DNA of 23,236 bases. It comes from Cystobasidiomycetes sp. EMM_F5 (lineage: Eukaryota). Location: the NCBI GenBank assembly GCA_051047955.1, contig JBPGPT010000037.1:124001-147236 (forward strand), written 5' to 3'. The notes below the pieces were generated by a model. The model was not told where the DNA came from. It saw only the letters and a list, made by a program, of their open reading frames with translations, and did no database searches. Below, piece after piece: positions 1 through 13,029 of the stretch; the stretch's first letter is position 1; the number at the start of each line of letters is the position of its first letter. Made by a program: the position numbers and the translations under genes.

Positions 1-3
1 TCA

Positions 4-3000
4 ATGCCATACTGGCCATTCAATGCGACGTCAAAGGCTGACGATGCTGCAGGCCAGCCGCAGTCGTGGCTGTCGTATCTGGCTCTCCCGTCGCTGTCCA
101 GCCTGCCCCAGATAGCACTACCGAATGCTCGCAACTTGCAACGCTCCGTTATCCGCTACCTCATCAACCGGACGCTGGGCGCATATTTCAACATTGGACA
201 CGATGGCCCGGACAGCCAGGATATTGATGCGGATTTTGCTAACGGACAGGCTAATCTAAACAAGGTGTCCTTGCGAGTTGACGTGGGTGAACGCTGTTGT
301 CGCAACGTGTATATCAAACAAGCTGATGCGTAGTGTCTAGCGCGTCAATGAGCTACTAAAGTCCCATTTGGAATCAGACGGCCAGGGTATCAGCGTCCAA
401 GTTCTCTGCGGCACTATAGACCGTATACAAGTGTCTTTCGGCAACAATGACTCTACTCAAGATGCTGCAGATGCCCCTGCCCCCGCCGGCAGGTCAGCCT
501 TGGAACGCATATTCTCTGCACCTATCAGCATATCTGCGCGTGAGATCGAGCTGGATGTCATTATACACCCGCCAAAGCCTTTGAAGGACAAACGCAAAGG
601 ATCTGTGCAGTCCAATATTCCGGACGAAGCTCGAGAGGAATCGGCTGGACTCGCGGGATCGACCCTCAATCTTGCGGCCGCCTATGTTCGCGATTCGGAA
701 GAGCTTGCTGCCGTATCCACCGACGAATCGGTTCTCGCTCAGTCAGAAGCCTTTGGGTTGCCTGGCTCATTCGACGCACCTGGTGCGAGCAAGTCAGACG
801 AAGACGAGGCACAGATCGGACTCGCAGCCAATATTATAGAGCGGCTTCTTGCTCGTTTGCAGGTGAACATTACGTCCGTACGGATACGAATCCACTTTGC
901 GCCGCCAAACTATGGCGCTATTGGCTTCGAGCGCATCTCTTTGGACAAGCTCCTGGCGATAGAAGTACGCTTGGATCGGGCTGCGTCGTCCTGCGTGATT
1001 GACGAGCAGGCGCAAAGCGTGTCCACAATCCGTACTTTACAAGTGGTCGGACTGCAGGCGCACCTCCGCTTGCCATCAGTACAGCTCGGCAGAGGTGCAG
1101 CATCAGCAGCTGCCGGAACGGCCTTACAGCCTCACGTATTTGAGGAGAAATTATCGACACCAAGTCCGACCAGTCAGGGTGTGAGCACCGATTCTGAAGA
1201 TGACCTGGCTATGAGTGTGGCCGTACTGGACCTACGTGCGTCTACCGAACAACTCCCAACAAGTAGAGTACTGGAGAGAGACCTTGATACCATTCCCGAC
1301 ATCGACGAAGACGAGCCAGGGAATGAGATGTTCTTCTCCATGGCGCCATCACGGTCAGTCACTCTACCTACGGCTGTAGGAGTGATGGCAGAGTCGCATT
1401 CAGTACCTATTGCCGGACCAACAGAGGTGTATTCTCCGCGCAGCGCCACAGATGATGGCGAAAAGTATAAGGCGGAGTCATCTGAGCACTTTGAAGGTGT
1501 AGGCGGCGATAAGGATAACACAGATTCGTTCGTACCAAGTCGCGACATATCGCCCGTCTCATCAGACTATGCATTCAGGCAAGTCTTTGGTGTTTTTACG
1601 CAGGGCCGTAACGAAATGCGCGAGCCAGGTACAATCAACGTGAGTTTCGCCAGCTCTAGGCCCAGCACAGGCAACGATGCTTTATCAGCGGAGGTGCGGA
1701 CATCAAGCCGAATTGAGCTAGATGTGCCGGAGCTGGCTGTTGTTCTACAACCAGATCATATTACACGCGTTCTCAGTACATTGCAGAGCTTATCAGCACC
1801 CGGAGATCCAACCACACACTACCCCTCCGATATAGGAAAAAATTCCCAAAAACGGCCTCCCAAGATTGCTGCTACTCTACATGCGAAAATCGCGGCTCTG
1901 AAAATGTTCCTACCGCTACAAACTTGCGAAGCCACTATCCAGGCCTTTCTACGGTCTGAAGTTACGCTTCCTACTTCATACTTATCTCTGTCCCTCGACG
2001 GCATTGAGGCAGCCAGCCGGCCAGTCGATAGTAATGCTAAATCTACCATAAAGTCGTATTCTTTAGCGTTACGAAAACCCGCCCATAGTAGGCACCGTGT
2101 CATGCCAATACTACAACCTGATCCAGGGCTGGTTTGGGCATACAGCGTTTCTCAGTTGCGTCCCGGTGAAAAAGCAAGTCATGCGGGAGATTGGGCACAG
2201 CTGCCAAAGAAGCGCACCATGGAGGACTGGCTGACGAGCCTGCCTATGCATGCCTCATCGGTAAATTCACAAGCTTCTATCCCTCTTCTGGGAGACGCTG
2301 TGGCTGTGCGGACTAAAGATAGTCAGACTACAATCGTACTGCAACCCGTCCACGTATGGCTGGATACGGACACCTTGAGCGCAACCGCGCCGTGGGCGCA
2401 GTCCATCACTTCAGGCAGAGAGCAACGTGAAACGCAAGTAGCGCACCAGCCGAGTCTCGCATCACCTGTCCAACACTCGGTCGACGTTGGCCTGTCTTGT
2501 CTCAGGTTAGACGTAAGGTGCCCCAGCATACACAAGTCGGACGATCTAAGAAGCGGGATCGTAACGATAGATGTCCACGATCTTCACGTCAAGACGGCGG
2601 CCTGGTCCGATGGCGGCAGTCCCCAAAGTACAGACGTATTGCGCATGACGGTATCGGATGTTCACGTATTTCTCTGTCGCGCTGCGCAAGTCAGTAAGTC
2701 CGGCATTATCTCCGGCCTGATGGGCGCGTATCGCTTGCTGACCTATGGATAGACTCCTTGTGTGTTATGCAAATTACTTCCGGTAATCATAGTGACTTTG
2801 GAATAGTAATCCGGCGCCAGGATTTCGGATATACCAGCGAGTCTTTACCAAGTCTGCTGTGCCTGGATCTCAAGGTCCCTATGGCTCGTATATATCTGGA
2901 CGCAACAGTCACAGAAGGGCTGCAATACGCCGTGGATGACCTTTCCGGCCAGATCAAAAAGCTCACTACAGGCGACGAAGTCATTGCAGAAGTCTCGCGA

Positions 3001-6000
3001 AGGCTTGCTAACGCTTCCGACGAAAGTCGCCGAAAGAGCGTGAGCGAGGAAGCCTCATCTTCGAATGACAGTATGCCGTCAAAGTCAGCAGACTCTATAT
3101 CGGTAAAGGTCTCCTTCGCACTTGAAGAGAGTAGGGATGCTGGCCTTGAATTATGCCTGTCTTCAGCTGATGAATGTTTCAGTCCATGCTACCATCGCTT
3201 TAGCGGAAAGAGGTCGGCTTTCTTCGGAGTCAGACGAATTACGCCTCCGGGCGGAAGCTCTACGTGTGACTGCGGAGATACGCCACGATGATTCCGTAAG
3301 CTCGTGCTCAATGTCACTGCATTGAATAGCTTCTGACCGCGCATTCAGGACGAGATGAGCGCCGAGGTCTCCTTGCGGGATGCGTACCTCATGCACATGC
3401 AGGGAGACATAGAGCGTGTTCTGCTTCAGAGGTTGGACTTCAGTACGATTGAGCTTCTTTCTGCCAGCATCAGGTCTAGCAATAATGCGTCAAGGTCGAC
3501 CAAACGGTCCCGCTTGCGCATTTCGGTCGCCGGCGCATTACTTGCACTCAAGACCGATCTCGCTTGGGTTTCGACCTTGGCTGACATACTCAAGGCGCCT
3601 CCGGGCGCTTTCGCTGATGTCGAGCCAGCTGACAAGATGGTTGTCGATTTTAGCTTGGTTGACAGCAGAATCAGACTTACACCCATACACTTGCCGAGTG
3701 CAATCGTTATCGAAGTGGGCCGGATGGCTTACGATACGGTTGTCAAGCCGGAACAGACAACGATAGCAAGTTCCGTCACTTGCAGTACAGTCAATTTCTG
3801 GGTTACAGACGACGTCCAATCCGCTCGTGAACATGATCATAAGCTCCGAGTGAGTGGAAGCATCGGCACCAAGGATGTGGCTGATGTGGTTATTGGGTCA
3901 TCAGCGGTCGGGATATGCATGCCTTGCGGAAATGGATAATCTGGCAGTCGACATTGTTGTTGCGAGACCGGAACACTTGGCTTCGGTACAGTGCTCCGTC
4001 ATGCAAGGCAATTTTCTTGTCATGATATGCCCAGACTCTTTGCTCGTCTTGACCGGCCTTCTCAGCGACCTGACTCATCCATCATCTTTCACTGCTGCAT
4101 CAAGTCGCCAACAAGCAGCTATTACAGATTCCGTTATTCTCGACTGTTCGCAAGGAGCTCCAGAGACATATGTCTCCGTTGCCCGACCCGAGGGCACCTT
4201 AATCTCAGAAGATGATAGCGAGACAGTGATCGCATATGGCAAAGGCTCTGTGCCGATCGATTCAGATTGGTTTGTGCGCCAGAAGTGTGGACGACCTCGT
4301 CGACCACAGCAAGACATCTTCCAATTACTCATCAACACGTGTAACGTCAGATTGTCCTTGTTTGAAGGCTACGACTTTGCGCAAACACGTACAACAATCC
4401 GACGGGAGGTCAAGAAGACACGCAAGCGTCTCGAGCGAATAAGGCAGCTGCTCGCTAGCGGCCAAGTCCCTGACGACACAGCAGAGGAAGTCGCTGAGGA
4501 ACTGCTCAAGTCTGTATACCTTTCCCCGCAAAGCCTCAGCGCAGACGAAGAGACTATCGTCGATAGAATCGTAAAGTTCGACGACGAACTTGACAAAGAG
4601 CTCAATGACCCAGACGATGGCGAGCTTCACAGCTGGGAGTCCCTACCTGCGCGACCCTCCATCAAGCAGGAACGCCTCAGCAGCCCACCTCATGAAATCA
4701 CTCGAGGAAAGCCAGCTTTGCTGAGGCGAAAGCATCAGCCAGTACTAACCATAATCCTGTCGGATGTGACCGCAAGAGCTCGCGTATTAGGTCCAAATCA
4801 CGCACTGAGCAAGCGCATCAGCGTTGCTGTCGGCATGATCGAGATGATAGATAACTACAAAAGCAGTACATGGCACAAGTTTATGACGGAGTTGAGGCCT
4901 AGTGATGGTGGAATAGTCAGGCCTACAGATTCTCCGATGGTACGCATCTCCTTGAAGACGCTGCGAGGCGTCTCCGCGGATTCGCCTGAAGAAGCTGCCT
5001 TCAAGGCGAAAATATCGCCTCTCCGCTTGCATATTGATCAAGACATACTGGATTTCTTGAAGGCCTTCTTCGCCTTCAAGCTCGTCTCGGTAGACTACCA
5101 TTCTTCAGCAGATCGAGCCGAACAAAGTAAGGGTAGTGGCTTCGTGCAGAGCTTCGAGATTCTTCCAATAAAAATCAAACTTGATTATAAGCCGAAGCGA
5201 GTCGACTTCCGAGCTCTTAGGCAAGGTCGTGCCATCGAGCTCATGAATTTTTTCCACTTCGAGGCTTCCGAAATGATACTTCGTCATGTCCGACTCTCAG
5301 GCGTCGCCGACTTTGCAAGAGCAGGCGAAATGTTACAAGATATCTGGACTCCTGATGTGAAAGCTAATCAGCTTGCCGACTTCCTATCCGGCATCAATCC
5401 TGTGCGGTCGGTCGTTAATGTAGGTTCTGGCATAGCCGACTTGGTGCTACTTCCTATTGCTCAGTACCAGAAGGATGGCCGGCTCATTCGTGGGATGCAA
5501 AGGGGTACCAAATCCTTCACGAAGACTACAACTTTGGAATTCGTTAAACTTGGTGCACGCCTTGCCAGCGGCACGCAAGTCATCTTAGAGCATGCAGAAC
5601 GAGCACTTGGTGGCCGTGTGCCCGGAGTGTGCATGTCCATGCCTGAAAGCCCTGGCGGAAGATTTACAGGGGACATGACAAGAAGTACAGTACTCGCGGC
5701 AGACGAAGCGCAAGAAGGGGAGTCCCGGACCGATTCTCAGAGCGAGTTTGGCTCAACAGACGACATTGCAAACTTTAGCAAATTTTCATCAGCACCCCGG
5801 AATGTGACGGTTGGAATCGGCGAGGCCTATCGTAGTCTGTCTGGCAACATGAGATCGGCAGCGGAAACGATTTTGGCCGTTCCTATGGAGGTCTACGAGA
5901 GCTCCGCTGACGGCTCTGTCAAAGCCGTTGTTCGTGCAGTTCCAATTGCAGTGCTCAAGCCCATGATCGGGGCAACCGAGGCGATAAGCAAAACCCTCAT

Positions 6001-6149
6001 GGGTTTACAAAGTACGCTTGATCCCGGTGTACGGGATGAAAGCAAAGAGTGAGATAGCTTGCTGTTCAGCTGCCGTACGTGGTCCTGCACGAACTGACGC
6101 TCGTACACCTAGCAAATACAAGCAATCTATTCCATCAAGCCGTCGTTGA
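4..6149 (+). CDS. ATG2: Autophagy-related protein 2 (bridge-like lipid transfer protein), about 1934 aa, 7 exons
   Basis: Exons 4-282, 341-2693, 2753-3130, 3183-3295, 3349-3849, 3905-6048, 6113-6149, joined by GT..AG introns of 52-64 nt, all in phase (5805 nt). N-terminal chorein-like segment (LQRSVIRYLINRTLG, IIERLLARLQV). ATG2 C-terminal signatures PLRLHIDQDILDFLKAFF, IKLDYKPKRVD, ELMNFFHFE, WTPDVKANQLADFLSGINPVRSVVNVGSGIADLVLLPIAQYQKDGRLIRG, AVVRAVPIAVLKPMIGATEAISKTLMG and the terminal DKYK. Confidence 0.95.
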
Positions 6150-6351
6150 AAATTTCTGTTACCCACACATTACAGCCACGCATCTATCAATTAGGAGTCC
6201 CAGCGTGAAGTCCGACTGTATGGTATTGCTGATTGCTGTAAGAAAATGTGTTCCGGTGGGGAGGACAGGAGTCTAGCAGTCAGTAAGACTCGAATTAATG
6301 CAGGCTTTCATTTGGGTCTACAGTTCAAGTGTAGCGGAGTTTTAGCCTGGT

Positions 6352-6436
6352 TCAGTAGTGGTTTCCGCAATGTATCCATCAATCTACATGCTTTGCTCTC
6401 ACACTGTGATGCCCATCCGACAATTGTTCTCATCCT
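6352..6436 (-). ncRNA. Candidate box C/D snoRNA (85 nt) downstream of the MCM5 stop
   Basis: Minus strand order: AGGATGA (C-like, 6436-6430), GGGCATCACAG (6414-6404, antisense to the conserved 18S rRNA CUGUGAUGCCC), GTGA (D'-like, 6402-6399), TTGATGG (C'-like, 6382-6376), CTGA (D, 6355-6352). The C, D' and C' boxes are degenerate and the terminal stem is weak. Confidence 0.35.
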
Positions 6437-6526
6437 CGCACCGAATTACGGAAAGCTACCTGAAGGTGTGGTACAAGGCCCAGGACAGTCAAAAATCAAC
6501 AACAGAACCAATCCTATTACGGCAGT

Positions 6527-9490
<2,964 letters not shown>

Positions 9491-9578
9491 GGCTGCACAC
9501 CCTTATCAGATAGTCAGCAGCTCTCTCTCGTCGATGCAGCCTGTTTTTATGGAAAGGTCTGCTCGTGTTGATGTCGCG

Positions 9579-9609
9579 ACGCGTCAAAGGGCAAGGCCGA
9601 TCGACGCGT
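9579..9609. promoter_or_regulatory. Two MluI cell-cycle boxes (MCB, ACGCGT) upstream of MCM5
   Basis: ACGCGT at 9579-9584 and 9604-9609, about 90-120 bp upstream of the MCM5 ATG (9490). MCB is the established MBF (Mbp1/Swi6-type) G1/S element of fungal replication genes. Confidence 0.7.
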
Positions 9610-9788
9610 AAACTGGGCAGAGCGGATGACTAATCAGGCTGGCGCATCTAGCTAGTATACACAGACGGGCGCAGCACTGGATAAGTCGGATAAGCGAGCT
9701 ATAAAAGGCACCCACAACGCAGCGTTCTCGAGATGTAGCTGCAAGGTTAAGCCATATTTCCTTATATACCTTCACGATGTCGCCCCGG

Positions 9789-12404
9789 TCAATCCTGCAG
9801 ATATACCGACAGCTCGCTCGCCAGGGTAGCCATGTACTCGAGGTCAGAGCGCTCAAAAACCCGCTCGGGATCATCCGTAAAGCCAGCCAGCACGTACCCT
9901 TTCGTCTGATCCTCCGACTCGTAGATGGGTACAAGCAGCGCGCTTGCATACTCCACATCGTCACCCGACTTGGGAAGCCGCTCGCCCGCTTCTAGATCCT
10001 CAATCGCCGGGTTTTGGTACAACAGACCGCCCTCGGCCGATTTGAGGGCCTTCAAGTGCAAGACGGCATCGAACGCCGGTTCGGGATCCGGTAGCCCGTA
10101 TGCAGATATGAGGCCGAGTGACTGTACCCGACTAGCCTCATCAAACGACGCGTCGTCGTCCATGGCGATGTGAGACACCTCGCCAGACGTCATGTTGAGC
10201 TGGAGAATGTACACCAAAGACAGCTCGAGCGAGTTGGCAATCAAACGCGTAGAGATGTCGTATATGCGTTGCTTGTTGCTCCTCGGCTCGGTAGACGTAC
10301 CCTGGGCAGTGCTTGTTGTCGTCCCATCAGGCTTGGCCGTGCTGACTGTACCAGCTGGCGTATGGAAGGAAGCATCGGCATTTGTCGTAGCAACCGTACT
10401 AGCTACATCGGCATGGTGTGACGGTGTGGCTGCATCGCCTCTGGCTGATATATGTAGAACGCTTCCGGCAGCGCTGACGCCTCTCGATGCGGAAGAAGGC
10501 GACGCACCATCGGTATCTGGGTGCGCAGCTTGTATTGACAACGGTCGAATATCAGCGTCCTCAGACAGTGCTGCGGGCCCCAGCTCGGCAGTTTCATTTC
10601 GCCACGTCTGGAAGCTCTCCTCCATATTTGCTAGACGGGCTTGCAACCGCGCTCGAGACCAGTTTGCAATAGTCTTCTGAGCAAGCAGAGCAAGATCTCC
10701 CATCTTGGACCGCTGTTCATTTGTAAAACCAGCATCGCGGGGCTTGTTATCAATGACACACAGCGTGCCGATGGGTATCTGCTCAACATCACCGCCAGAT
10801 CCAGAAAAATCGGGTGCGAGAAGCGGGACTCCATAGTATGCGCGACAGCCGTACTGCTGTACAAGTGGCGACTTTGCAAAGCTGAGAGTAGACCTTCAGC
10901 ATATGCCGTCCTGACCGGTATGAAAGCAGACGTACCGCCAATCCTTATGCGTATCAGTCAATATGAATGGCTCGACAGGCCTTTGCAGGACTGCATGACT
11001 GCAAAAGGTAACCTCGCGGGGCACTTCGCGCATACCGCCTAGGCCGGTCTCTGCGAGGAACAGTTGTTTATTTTCGTTGAAGACAGTCAAGATGGATATA
11101 GCGGAGCCAAAGACTTCGCGGGCTTGTGCGACGATGGCTCGGAAGCTGATATGCGCAAATCACATTCTCAATCAAATGACACATTCGGCAACCAGCAATC
11201 AAAAACTTACGCTGGATGGCCTTCAAGCGAGTCGGGAAGCGGTTCCTCGCCGTGCTGGACAGGAATTGCAGAAGCTTTGGTACCTCGTTTACCTTCCCAG
11301 TCCAGTCTGTTGACGGCGAGTTGTCGTTCCCGGTGGTTCTCCGGAAGAGGTGCTGCAAAGTTCTCCGCTTCAAGCGGATTGGTCTCTCCCTCCTTCACAG
11401 GCTCGGTCGGTGGCGGCGGTAGATCAGAAACGTCGATATCTCCCTGCAGCACGGAAAGGGCCCGTTAGATCAGAAGGAAATGTCGGAGAATGAAGATGAC
11501 GTACTCGGGCATATGCTCTTCGCCATTCATCCCAAGTCTTTGGCAATTCCTCCTTTGGCGTCTTGGAATTGAAACGCCTCCACGTATTTTGCAGCTTCAT
11601 TTTAGCTTTGCCCGAAGCCAATCTCATCTTTTCGGCAAATCCGTTGCTTTTCGTCTTTCTACCGCTGTCCTTGCTCGCGATACCGCCTGTATGCCCGATA
11701 CCTTTGCTATTCGTGACCTTGTGCATACCCCCGACTGGCGCAACGCCAGCATTTGTCTGCTGTGCCTGCTGTCGTTGGCGTTCTGCGACCTGAGGTCCCC
11801 CTTCTATACCTCGACCTGTACTGCTCGACGAGAACCGTTTTGCAAAGAAGCGGATGAATGGATTCTTTTGCCGTTTTGCATTCTCCGCAGCCGACAGTTT
11901 TGCATTTGGCCCATAATCTACAGCTGCTCTGGATTGGGTATTTGCAGCAACGGAGTCGTTTGAAGTAGCAACCGTCGAAGCGCTCCTGTTTGCTGGATTG
12001 TTTCGGACATCATTTGCAGTAGATACGGTACGGGTTGATCGGGACGCTCCCGAGCTCGCAAGGGACGAGGAAGATGCATTTCGTGTGGAATTAGAACGGT
12101 TTCTGAATGCCTCGAGGAAAGACGGGCGCGACGCCATTGAAGGTGTCTTTTTGAGTGTCGATGACCCGTTTCCGGGCGTTGAGGGAGACGTTGTTGCATT
12201 CTTGCTAGTCGGAGCCTGCATCTTTTGAGCAGACTGATGCTTTTCGAATGCGATAGCGTTTTGCTCAATCTGCATTGCGAGCATCTCGAGCTCTAGCTTT
12301 TTGTTTGACCATGCTGGCAGACTGCCCGGAGCTGCGGGTATCTGCTCCCACGGCACGGGCTGTCTGACCTTGTACGCAGGGTACGGCTGAGCTGCCTCGG
12401 CCAT
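9789..12404 (-). CDS. Protein with two GAF-like domains and a disordered Ser/basic N-terminus, about 811 aa, 4 exons
   Basis: Exons 12404-11505, 11443-11211, 11145-10936, 10881-9789 (2436 nt, in frame). The spliced product has a typical GAF: AFRAIVAQAREVFGSAISILTVF..PREVTFCSHAVLQRPVEPFILTDTHKDWRFAKSPLV..RAYYGVPLL..PIGTLCVIDNKPR..FTNEQRSKMGDLA. A second GAF-like unit is C-terminal (IYDISTRLIANSLELSLVYIL..YASALLVPIY..GYVLAGFTDDPERVFERSDLEYMATLASEL). Confidence 0.85.
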
Positions 12405-13005
12405 GGCTTTGATTAGTCCGGCCCACCTCCGCTGCTTGTCGCGAGGTTAGCGCAGTAGTCGTCTAGAATGACGTAGCTGGGTCGACTCCCGCAGCGGAGA
12501 GCAGGCTGGAGTCGTCGAAAAGCTCGGAGACAGAGGGTTGTGCAGCAAACAGTTGAAGCAGAAGCGAGTAGCGAGCAGTGACTGCGTTTATCTCAAGATC
12601 AGGCCATTCATGCTTTCCGCGTCAAATTCATGCGCGCAGTCCAGATCAGGGGAGTAGCCCGCCAAGCTAAAGAAGTACGACAACCTCGAATGCACGCACT
12701 AATGCAAGGCCCGGTCGGCTTCAAGCTTAACCCATATACGCTTCATATATCCTACAACAACGACGCACACGCTCGCCCGTCTGTTTGTCCGCGCTAGACT
12801 AGACTACAAGGTTTGGCTTTCGCCAGAAAGAATAAGGAGAATGTTGCGAGTACACACTGCTAACGACCGACTGATATATTAGTGATGAGAGTGAGAAGAG
12901 CGAGTTGAGCCGGTTGGGGTTTGATGAGATGCAGGTGTGTCCATGCTGGGGAAGGATCGAAAGAGATTGATTTGTACAAGGGACAAGACGGCTGTATGCG
13001 CGTAA

Positions 13006-13029
13006 AGGTCACCGCGCAGGTCACCGCGC
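13006..13029. repeat. Perfect 12-bp tandem duplication AGGTCACCGCGC x2 spanning the Chs7-like stop codon
   Basis: Copies at 13006-13017 and 13018-13029. Confidence 0.8.

Noticed and set aside
457..5676. Many minus-strand and alternate-frame ORFs within ATG2 (and likewise within the other genes)
   Set aside because: These are shadow ORFs of real coding exons in moderately GC-rich DNA.
6168..6180. GGCTGTAATG (minus strand), resembling the 5' end of fungal SRP RNA
   Set aside because: It would run antisense into the ATG2 coding end, and no SRP helix 8 GNRA/AGCAG motif follows.
6439..6449. GTAATTCGGTG (minus strand), resembling the RNase P RNA CR-I (GGAAAUUCGGUG)
   Set aside because: No downstream CR-V partner (ACCGAU-type) to form helix P4 on the same strand.
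12879..13022. Possible extra terminal exon of the Chs7-like gene via GTGACC..CCCCAG
   Set aside because: Weak donor and no CTRAY branch point. The in-frame stop at 13021 is the simpler explanation.
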